This document shows positions 55,376 through 63,483 of a stretch of DNA of 63,483 nt, in pieces. The notes beneath the pieces were generated by a model, which was not told the DNA's origin, did not search any database, and was given only the letters and a program-made list of their open reading frames with translations. The DNA comes from a virus. Its lineage: Duplodnaviria; Caudoviricetes. A program made the position numbers and the translations under genes. The stretch spans positions 1 to 63,483 of the IMG/VR virus record IMGVR_UViG_3300034013_000310. One strand, written 5' to 3'. Each line of letters opens with the position of its first letter. Positions within the stretch are counted from its first letter, which is position 1.

Positions 55376-58300
55376 TTAGTCGGCTCCAAATTTGTATCTC
55401 TTTCTTTTAATCAAAGGAATTCTTTTAATTTTTCCATCTCCAGAGTCATAATTAAATTCCTCTTCCTCAGCCTTAGTCTCTTTATCTTTGATAATCTTTT
55501 GTACTTTCTTTTCATCTTTCGTTAAGTCATCCCACTCAGATCCCGGCCCAAAATTCTTTTTCCATAACTTTGGATTGTATTTCTTTAAATCAGTTACATT
55601 ATCGTATGTAACATCTTTTTCCTCGTCATAAAGAAGCTCTTTCTTCATTTCATTTAACTTACTCTTCTCTTCTTTGTAATCTTCAGGATTTTCCATCTTT
55701 TCAATCAATTTAGAAGCGGCTTCTTTAGTTTGTTCAGAATAATTTCCTTCTACAACTTCTTGTAAGTCTTCTATCTTAGACTGCATCTTCTGTTTTTCCT
55801 CACTTGAAATTCCTTTCTTTTTAGCTACTTTTACAGAGTTCCTAGTAAATGAAGCTACTTCAGATGGTAGCAATCCAAAACCAGTTAATATTGATGGCCC
55901 TATTAATGCTCCTAATTTTTCTCTTTTTTCTTCAGGAATCTCCCTTACATTGTCGTATTGGTCTTTATATGTTCCAGTAGCATACATATCTACTAACTCT
56001 GCAACTTCTTTTGCTCTTGTTCCGGTTATACCAAACATACCTAATTGTTGAAAGAAATCTTGACCTTTAGGGCTATATAATGAAACCTTGTCTTTTTCAG
56101 ACAACCCCATCATATCTTGTGCAAATTCTAAGCTATTTGCTGAACCCCATTGTACGAGTTTATCTGCAACCGGTATAGGAGACAACACGTCTGTAACTGC
56201 TCCTGTTACATTACCCTTAACAATTGCGTCTCTTCTTTTCTTTCTCTCTTCTTCATCATCTTCTCCCATGTAAGATAATGCCATTGAGGAAATGCCTAAT
56301 CCTATTCCGGCAGCTATAACCTTAAATACCGTGGCTTCAATAAGGAATCCTGAAAGTGATCTTATAGCAATCTTCCTATCTTCTTTTGTTGCAGAGTTCC
56401 AATAACCTAATGTTGTTAGGTCTGCCGCCAATCTTGAAGATTGGTTCATTCTAAAGCTAGCAAGAGGCATAAATATTTTAGTCAGTACTTGAGTTGACTT
56501 CTCTTTTGATGAGAATAACTTTCCGGCAAGGTCAGGATCAGATATATTTTGCTGTCTATCTACCATTCTTTGGGCATAGTTAGCAGCTTCTTTATTAACC
56601 TCATGGTCTTTGTAATTTATATCTTTATCATCTATTCCTTGTTCTCTAAGAGATTGTTCGTAATATGATTTCCAGGAAGCTCTAGCTATCGCAACATCAG
56701 GTTTAGCTAAAAACACATCCAAATAAGCCTTGTTTATTTTTTCAATATACTTTAATAGTTTTTCTCCTTTTGAACTTGCTGCTTCGTCTATAAGCTTGTT
56801 TATGGAATCAATTTGGGCTTGAGACTCAACACCTCTGTTTGATATAGCGTAACCAGCTTTGTTTAACCATGCATTAAAGTCAGCATCAAATGGTGCTTTA
56901 ACATCTAAGTATCCACCGGTATTCAATAATGTGTTGAACATAACCGGAATGACTTGCTTTATTGGCTGTAAAGGGCCGGCAAGAACCTGAGAGGCTCCAA
57001 ATGATGATATTCTATTTAAGGCATTAATAGCTTTTGATAATTCATCATCAGAGAAAGGACTTTTCTTTCTAGAATTTTGAACATAGGATTTTAATCTATT
57101 TCTAAATATTTGAGAATCATCTCCAAATATTTTCTCAAAACTCTTAGAGTCTATAAACGACTGAACTTGTCTGACAGATGCAGCGGTTTCAATATCCACT
57201 AATGCGTCATACATGGAGTTTGAATTATTCTTATCAAAAGACAAGTCAATATAAGCTGTAACATTACCTCTTCTGTTCGAAGGAAGTGTTGAAGATGGTT
57301 TTTTAGACATTAATACTCCTGTTTCTTTTTTATAAAGAACACCATCTGTGTTGTTTATAAATGCAGATTCCGAGTTTTCTAAATCCACATCACCTCTATC
57401 ATATTTTATCCTAGTGTATTTATCAGGAGTATAGTTTAAATCTCTTGACAATTCTTTGTTGTAAACATTTTTAGCTACATCAGATAGCTTGTCAAATTTA
57501 CTATCCCATTGGTCTACCCAAAATTTTACTGCTGAATTATTAACGGCATCTGTCTTAGATTGAACCTCTTGATAATTTTTAGAGTCTTTTAATATTTTGT
57601 CATAAATCTCTCTATAAACCTTAGCCTTTTCTTGTTCGGTTTTATTCCCTTCAGATAAAGCGTCTATAGATTGTTCTATAAGTCCTTTTCTTCTATTAAA
57701 TTCCTCTTGCATTTCTTGTTGAGTACCTACAATATTTCTTGTCATAAACGCATTCATTCCTCTCTCTATACTATTGAATAGAGTGTTGAATGCCTGACCA
57801 TTTGCTGTCTTTTTATAAAACTCATTAACATAATCATTGACTATGTTTGTTGCTTGTCTTTGTGCAAATGATTTTCTGTTTATGAGTTCTGAAATACCCA
57901 TTTTTTCCATCACATATCCGGCAGCATTGAATCCTTTGAATTTCTTTTCAAAAAGAATAGGAAGCGAAGTTGTTTGTTCTCCTAAAAATTTAGCAAAAGG
58001 TTTAGACCATAGTTTTCTAAGGTCTGTTTTTACTATTTTTTTATTAGACTCTACCTCTCTTGCATTTTGCTCTCCTTCGTATTCAGCTATTACCGCCTCC
58101 ATCTTTGCTGTAGATTTATTCACTAGGAAATTAACCAATGAATCAATAGCCGCTACAGAGTCTTTAATGTCCATTTTATTAGTATCCATCTTCATGAACT
58201 TCTGTATAATGGCTTTTTGCTCTCTTGTATACTCAGTATCTTCTCCGGTAAATAAATCCACTCCATCACTTATAGACTTTTTAATCATAGCCGAATAAGT

Positions 58301-61300
58301 ATCGAAAGCCTTTTTTACAGCGGCTCTAATAATTCCTTCATTATATTTGGTAACGCTAGGACTTTTCCCTTCTCCATAAACACTCAACAACGTATCTATA
58401 TCTTCAGCGCTAAATTGAGAAGCATCTACGTCAAGCAAATCTTGTATCTCCTTAATAGATTCTTCTCTCAATTTTACCTCTTGAGATTTTAATGTCTTAG
58501 CTATGTAATCTGATACCTCGTCTATGTTTATGGTATCGGCCACTGTAAAGTTTTTCACTTTAGCAGCAGTTCCTTTTATAGCGTTTTTTATTTCGGAAGC
58601 AATCTTGTTGTACTCAAAGATATTATCAACCATTGATGGATCTATCTTAGAGAACTCGGATCCAACGGTTCTTAGGTCGACGTTTTTATCTTTGTTTCTT
58701 GATAGCTTCTTTATTATTTTTCTAAGCTTATTGGCATTTCTAATGTTATCAGCATAGTCTGCATTTTCAAAAACCTTTGTCATGTAGTCTACAAACTTGT
58801 CTACTGATTTTTGACTAAACACATTTACTTTAGAAAAAGCCCTAATAACGTTTGCTGCTTGCTTGGCTGTAATACTTCCGGTTGCAGCTAACTCTTTTAC
58901 ATCTTTAGATAATTGTTCAGCTATTCTTCTAGAGGCAGAGATGGCATCTTTAGCACCTTTCGCAGTATCCTTTATCTGTTTGATAAGAGCGTCCTTCTCT
59001 GTCATTGTAATCTTCTTGATGTCTTTTATCTTGCCAAAAAGTTTACCTACTGATGGGGCAGACTTTTCTTTTAAACCAAATCTTTTGCGTACTTCTCTAA
59101 CTAAAGCCTCTCTCTGTACATCTGTGGCATCTTCATAGACTTTTGAGCCCATAACATAACTCATAACGTTATCGGCTATTTTATCGGCTGACACCCTTCT
59201 TTTTTTAGACTTCTCGATAATGCCTTCTATTTCACCCACCATTCTATTGTATCCAGGTAAATCAAACTCAGATACTCCCTCGGCTTTGTTTTCGTTGATT
59301 TTAGACACGATATTCATCGCATCGATAATTTGTTCAGGAGTTACTTTTTGTTCGGCAGAAACGCGGTTAATTGCCTCCTGAAGTGTTATACCGGCATTCA
59401 CCAAAGCCTTCAATGCTTTAATTACAGCTTTAGCCGTGGTAACGGTCATAACTCTAGTAACATCATTTAGCTCATTCGGATCAATATCCAATGCAGAGTC
59501 AAGCCTATCTAAAAAGTCAGCGACTCTTTGTAGGTTCGTCTTGTCGGTTGTGTCTAATTCAAGAAGGTCTGCTACGGCAGGAGCCTCAATAACAGGAGCC
59601 GGCTCACTAACGATATCGAACCCTTCAGGAGCAGGTGGTAAACCTAATTGCTCGGCTATATCTTGACCTAATAATACATCTTGTGGTTCAGCTACTTGTT
59701 CTGTGATGATAGTAAAAGTGGCATTTCTTCCATCTTCTTCCACCTTTGTTAGTAGTCCTTTTTCTACTGCCTTATTGTGCATTCTAACAGCGCCTTCTCC
59801 TGCTGACCGGGTATTTATTGTGGTTACTCCTTTATCTTTTAAATAAGCGATTAGTTTCTCAAACATTCTGCTTCCTTTTCCTTTACCTACTTCGTTTGCA
59901 GAAATTCCATCTATTCTAAATTCCGTTGGAGATGTCATAACTCCGGCCATTATTCCATCTTCAGTTCTAAATTCATATAGCTGACCATCTTCTACTTCTG
60001 TTATTGTAGGATTTCCTAAGTATTCAGTAACATTGGTATCGATGATAGTTTGAGGTTGAGTTGACTCAATTGTAGGAGTTACTACTTCTTTTGCGGATTC
60101 ATAGTCTGATATTTTTCTATTAAAATTATCAATAGCATCAGAATAAACAACATCAAATTCAGTAGTACCATATTCGTCTACAATACGTTGCTTATAATCA
60201 GGATCTTCGTTAATTCTTTCCTCGTGACTTTCTTTTACGTCTTTTAATTCTTGCTTGAAAAATTCAACAGGATTTTCTTTTAGAAGCTTAACCTTATTTT
60301 TATATCGATCTATCTCTTCTTTAATCCATTTCTTTTCATTTGCTGCGTCAGAAAGCCAAGAACTTAATACTCCTTTACTTTCTTCTTTTTCTAAATCTTT
60401 TTCTAAATCTTGAATAAGTCCTTCGTATTGATTAATTCTTGCATCATACTCTTGTCTATGTTGCTCCGGAATTATTACTTCTTCTTTTGTGCCCTCTTCG
60501 GTAACGACTTCAGGTTTTGGTCCGGATACTCTTTCCTCCACCGTTTCGCTAACTCCGGTTTCTGGCTGAACAGGAACCGCTGCTGTGCTTTGCTCTTGAA
60601 TGGCATTTGTTTCGCTTAATTTAGTTAATGAATCGTTTATCTCTGTGATTCTGTTTTTCTGCTTAACCACTAAGGCAGCGTCTTTTCCGTTCACATAAGT
60701 CTCTAAATCTCTTTTTTCTTTTAAGAGATTCATTGCTTCTTTCTTTTGCTCTGTAGTCAATCCATCAGGTAACTGTCTGAATAAACCAACAGAATTTCTG
60801 TAGTTGTTTAATTGTTCTTTTCCTTGGGCTACGGTTATGATTCCTTGAGCTATTTGCTGTTTTAGATTGGCGATGTATGCGCTTTGCATTTTATCGTCAT
60901 TAGCCATATTCTCAAAAGTGGTGAAAGTTATATCATCCATTTTAAGGAATCCTTTTTCTGAATAAGCAGTGCTAACTCCTGTTGGTACTCCAAGAATAAA
61001 CCCACCAACAGCTTCTTGCGCGCCGGCAACAAGAACATTCTCTAAAAGATCCATTTTAGAGTCAGGAGTATTGAACATATTCTTTTCCTTTATCTTGTTA
61101 TACACCGATTTGAAGGTGCTTTCAGATAACTCTTGAGCCGCACCGGTCTCAAACTCTGCAATACCGGCGGCGGTTACAGTTAATAGTCCTTTAGCTAATT
61201 TTGACTCAACCTCGTTTTCAACCAACTCTCTAAAAGTCCTAGCACTTGTGTTTGCTCCGGCTCTTCCTAAAACAGACATGGTTATTGAGTTTATAACCCC

Positions 61301-63016
61301 TTTACTGGCTAATACGTTTCTTAAACCATAAGCTTCAAGAACTGCACTTGTTATACCAATTGGTAAAGTCACTGCTAGCTTTTCATTCTCCGATATGTTT
61401 GCGAAGTCTGGATCCTTTTCCATTTCCTCCATTACTCCATCAGAAACCTGGGCATACATCTGCGCGGTTCTTTGCGCCCATCCAGCCGGCCCCGAACCGC
61501 CTATCATTGCAGGAAGAGATTCAGACAGCCCAAGTATAGCGCCTCCCCAAAAACTTTCTTTTTTTAGGTCTGACCATTGTTTAGTGGTTTCAGGATCTCC
61601 AAATATTTCTTCAGCACCTATCCTTACATAAGGAAGCACCCTTCCTTTTATGTCTTTTTTAATAACATCGTCTACCTCGTCTTCCCATTGATCTAATTGA
61701 TCCTCTGTAAGAGTTTTCTTCCATTCTTCAACACTTTGCTTTTCCGATGGTGGTGTAACTCCTATTTTTTTAGCTATATCAATCGATACATTTTTTAAGT
61801 CTTTTGGACTCATACCATATCCAGCCGGCATAATTTCTGTTTGAACATCAGATATTAAGCTAGTTATACCTGAAGTCATTTTTCCTATACCTCTATTAAA
61901 TGAATCCCAAATACCTCCAGACCATCCACCCTTTTTGGCTTCTGATATTCCGTATTTAGCCACTGCTGCATTTAGTCTTTGGCCTCGTGCTTTTATTTTT
62001 TCCTCCTCAGATAATAGTGATTTCATCTCTGACATCAAGGCTAATCTTTTTTTCTCTATTTCTTCGGTGTTTCCAAACTCTTCAACCTCTTTCTCTAAAG
62101 ATTCTGTCTTAGCCAAGAACTGTTTCTGTCTTTGATTCAAATCATTAACTTCTTTTGTTATTGATTTTATTGAGTTGTCAACATCTTTTTGTGAGTTGAA
62201 CTTTTTATCCTGCTCTCTTAAAGTGTTCTCCAACACAAAAAGCCCCTTGGCCGGGGCATTTGTTTTTATAAAGGATTTTAATGTTTCTGCTTGCTTTGAA
62301 GATTTTGAACTTAGGAAGTTGTCGAGAGAAACCTCGATGGTTTTTCCATTTGGAGCAGTTACTTTCATGTAGTCCCCCATGGCCCCGGTCTCTTCAAATT
62401 TAAAACCTAAATCACCAAATTGATATTCCATTTCAGGAACAACATACTCTTCTGTTTTATTAATTAGAGATGTGTTTATTGAAGCCAACCTATCGTTTAG
62501 ATATTGGCTCTCAGCAGGTTTTGGTTTTATTTTTAACTGTCTGTCAAATACGTCTGAGTATTTTTTCTTTTCAGATTCAAGAACTTTCTTTTCCTCAGAT
62601 ATTCTTGTCAGCGTTTTCTTTGCTTCTTCTTGTTTTGCTTTAGAGAATACAACTTTTCCGGACATGTCTTTTATATCCGTATTTGATATGTTCTCTAAAT
62701 CTTCTTGAGTTAGCTTTTTTTGAGGTCTAACTGTAGGAGGTGTACCCAAAGAACCATCCGCCGAAGACGATCCCATAGCTTTTGCTGGAGCTGGCTGAGA
62801 CTGTTCTGAGACCGATAAATCTTTTTTTTTTACAGGAGTAGAAACCAATGCTGTAAAGTCATTGAAGTCTCCAAGAGTTTCGCTTCCTATGCTGTTATAG
62901 AAATCCTTTTGGTAAGTTTTATCTGTAGTTATAAGGACTTGAAAGTCTTCGAATGAACCGAATTTATCTTGTCCTCCTAATTGATTGTATAAATCTTGGA
63001 TATATTTTTTGTCCAT
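55376..63016 (-). CDS. Giant internal virion/ejection (polyvalent-type) protein, 2546 aa
   Basis: Follows the 624-aa gene circularly; helical with hydrophobic segments, an N-terminal LY..L...G.F.DF repeat and an embedded GNAT-like segment. Confidence 0.65.
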   Translation of the reverse strand: MDKKYIQDLYNQLGGQDKFGSFEDFQVLITTDKTYQKDFYNSIGSETLGDFNDFTALVSTPVKKKDLSVSEQSQPAPAKAMGSSSADGSLGTPPTVRPQKKLTQEDLENISNTDIKDMSGKVVFSKAKQEEAKKTLTRISEEKKVLESEKKKYSDVFDRQLKIKPKPAESQYLNDRLASINTSLINKTEEYVVPEMEYQFGDLGFKFEETGAMGDYMKVTAPNGKTIEVSLDNFLSSKSSKQAETLKSFIKTNAPAKGLFVLENTLREQDKKFNSQKDVDNSIKSITKEVNDLNQRQKQFLAKTESLEKEVEEFGNTEEIEKKRLALMSEMKSLLSEEEKIKARGQRLNAAVAKYGISEAKKGGWSGGIWDSFNRGIGKMTSGITSLISDVQTEIMPAGYGMSPKDLKNVSIDIAKKIGVTPPSEKQSVEEWKKTLTEDQLDQWEDEVDDVIKKDIKGRVLPYVRIGAEEIFGDPETTKQWSDLKKESFWGGAILGLSESLPAMIGGSGPAGWAQRTAQMYAQVSDGVMEEMEKDPDFANISENEKLAVTLPIGITSAVLEAYGLRNVLASKGVINSITMSVLGRAGANTSARTFRELVENEVESKLAKGLLTVTAAGIAEFETGAAQELSESTFKSVYNKIKEKNMFNTPDSKMDLLENVLVAGAQEAVGGFILGVPTGVSTAYSEKGFLKMDDITFTTFENMANDDKMQSAYIANLKQQIAQGIITVAQGKEQLNNYRNSVGLFRQLPDGLTTEQKKEAMNLLKEKRDLETYVNGKDAALVVKQKNRITEINDSLTKLSETNAIQEQSTAAVPVQPETGVSETVEERVSGPKPEVVTEEGTKEEVIIPEQHRQEYDARINQYEGLIQDLEKDLEKEESKGVLSSWLSDAANEKKWIKEEIDRYKNKVKLLKENPVEFFKQELKDVKESHEERINEDPDYKQRIVDEYGTTEFDVVYSDAIDNFNRKISDYESAKEVVTPTIESTQPQTIIDTNVTEYLGNPTITEVEDGQLYEFRTEDGIMAGVMTSPTEFRIDGISANEVGKGKGSRMFEKLIAYLKDKGVTTINTRSAGEGAVRMHNKAVEKGLLTKVEEDGRNATFTIITEQVAEPQDVLLGQDIAEQLGLPPAPEGFDIVSEPAPVIEAPAVADLLELDTTDKTNLQRVADFLDRLDSALDIDPNELNDVTRVMTVTTAKAVIKALKALVNAGITLQEAINRVSAEQKVTPEQIIDAMNIVSKINENKAEGVSEFDLPGYNRMVGEIEGIIEKSKKRRVSADKIADNVMSYVMGSKVYEDATDVQREALVREVRKRFGLKEKSAPSVGKLFGKIKDIKKITMTEKDALIKQIKDTAKGAKDAISASRRIAEQLSKDVKELAATGSITAKQAANVIRAFSKVNVFSQKSVDKFVDYMTKVFENADYADNIRNANKLRKIIKKLSRNKDKNVDLRTVGSEFSKIDPSMVDNIFEYNKIASEIKNAIKGTAAKVKNFTVADTINIDEVSDYIAKTLKSQEVKLREESIKEIQDLLDVDASQFSAEDIDTLLSVYGEGKSPSVTKYNEGIIRAAVKKAFDTYSAMIKKSISDGVDLFTGEDTEYTREQKAIIQKFMKMDTNKMDIKDSVAAIDSLVNFLVNKSTAKMEAVIAEYEGEQNAREVESNKKIVKTDLRKLWSKPFAKFLGEQTTSLPILFEKKFKGFNAAGYVMEKMGISELINRKSFAQRQATNIVNDYVNEFYKKTANGQAFNTLFNSIERGMNAFMTRNIVGTQQEMQEEFNRRKGLIEQSIDALSEGNKTEQEKAKVYREIYDKILKDSKNYQEVQSKTDAVNNSAVKFWVDQWDSKFDKLSDVAKNVYNKELSRDLNYTPDKYTRIKYDRGDVDLENSESAFINNTDGVLYKKETGVLMSKKPSSTLPSNRRGNVTAYIDLSFDKNNSNSMYDALVDIETAASVRQVQSFIDSKSFEKIFGDDSQIFRNRLKSYVQNSRKKSPFSDDELSKAINALNRISSFGASQVLAGPLQPIKQVIPVMFNTLLNTGGYLDVKAPFDADFNAWLNKAGYAISNRGVESQAQIDSINKLIDEAASSKGEKLLKYIEKINKAYLDVFLAKPDVAIARASWKSYYEQSLREQGIDDKDINYKDHEVNKEAANYAQRMVDRQQNISDPDLAGKLFSSKEKSTQVLTKIFMPLASFRMNQSSRLAADLTTLGYWNSATKEDRKIAIRSLSGFLIEATVFKVIAAGIGLGISSMALSYMGEDDEEERKKRRDAIVKGNVTGAVTDVLSPIPVADKLVQWGSANSLEFAQDMMGLSEKDKVSLYSPKGQDFFQQLGMFGITGTRAKEVAELVDMYATGTYKDQYDNVREIPEEKREKLGALIGPSILTGFGLLPSEVASFTRNSVKVAKKKGISSEEKQKMQSKIEDLQEVVEGNYSEQTKEAASKLIEKMENPEDYKEEKSKLNEMKKELLYDEEKDVTYDNVTDLKKYNPKLWKKNFGPGSEWDDLTKDEKKVQKIIKDKETKAEEEEFNYDSGDGKIKRIPLIKRKRYKFGAD

Positions 63017-63483
63017 TTTTTAAGATTTTATTATTTACCTCTTCTTTGACTAGCATTTAAGTTTACTCCTGATCCGGAACCACTCTTAGGTTTTTCTCCT
63101 CCAAGGAATTTATTCGCGTCTAAAGTATTTACGAATTTAATCAATTCTTTGTATTGAGCATCTGCTGTCTCTCCTTTTTCATTAGAGTTCAATGTCTTAA
63201 TCAGTTTACCTCCTTTATATATGGATATTTTATTAGTCGGACCAGTATCATACATCACCTTTATCTTTTCATTTTTATCTGCCGTTTTATTGTATTGGTC
63301 AAATAATCCTAATACTTTTTTGGCGGTAACATCTGAGCTTTTACCTGAGAAGTCAGCGGAAGAAATATTACTATCTGTGATTTTTTGACTCACCTCCGTT
63401 TTTAAATTTCTTTCATATCCTTTAGCTTGAGCTTTTGTATTTACCTTCGCACCAGGCTTATTAAGTCTAATCAACTCTTTATC
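62987..63483. repeat. Terminal redundancy copy 2 (allele B of the 3' end of the 624-aa gene)
   Basis: Same length as 1-497 (offset 62986); ORF 63031..63474 is a diverged version of the C-terminus of ORF 45..1919. Confidence 0.9.

Noticed and set aside
220-62708. Numerous 60-150 aa opposite-strand ORFs in the track (e.g. 1186..1551, 26804..27244, 57837..58298)
   Set aside because: Antisense shadows of long genes with no motifs or expression signals
55376-63016. Virion RNA polymerase as in N4 or crAss-like phages
   Set aside because: No DxDxD double-psi or T7-type polymerase motifs were recognised in the giant protein
63064-63406. Diversity-generating retroelement TR/VR pair with 78-420
   Set aside because: Differences are not confined to adenines of one copy, no reverse transcriptase is present, and the exact 77-nt flanks point to an assembly bubble
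1-63483. Stop-codon reassignment (alternative genetic code)
   Set aside because: Standard code 11 gives dense, full-length genes; no suppressor tRNA is present
1-63483. Prophage or host chromosomal segment (because of groEL/groES)
   Set aside because: The sequence closes into a circle of phage genes; the GroEL is divergent, in groEL-x-groES order, and has no host neighbours or integrase

Overview
The window is an apparently complete, circularly assembled ~62,986-bp tailed-phage genome. Positions 1-497 recur at 62987-63483, with exact 77-nt ends around a diverged core, which looks like an assembly bubble. The host is most likely Bacteroidota (Flavobacterium-like), judged from TAnnTTTG -7 promoter boxes and AT-rich leaders without Shine-Dalgarno sites. 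The minus arm (55376-63016 wrapping to 1-32327) is a podovirus-type late region: terminase, portal, scaffold, major capsid, tail adaptors/nozzle, ejection proteins including a 2546-aa giant, tail fibre, M15 endolysin cassette, small basic proteins, and GroEL/GroES. The plus arm (32849-55375) carries early, accessory and replication genes: amidoligase + class II glutamine amidotransferase, tRNA-CAT, SSAP/exonuclease/SSB, primase-helicase, SF2 helicase and VRR-NUC. No DNA polymerase, integrase or reverse transcriptase was recognised. Highlights: (1) an integron-like array of four single-gene cassettes at 41.3-43.1 kb, separated by attC-like imperfect palindromes, some of which supply the next gene's start codon; (2) a helicase fractured by a split intein, with an out-of-frame, overlapping Vsr/DUF559 endonuclease; (3) an HNH element that replaced the 5' end of the gene it disrupted and carries a kissing-loop RNA leader; (4) an HDV-like ribozyme fold and a mini-tRNA in the early leader. 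Product calls come from motif recognition by eye; no searches were run.
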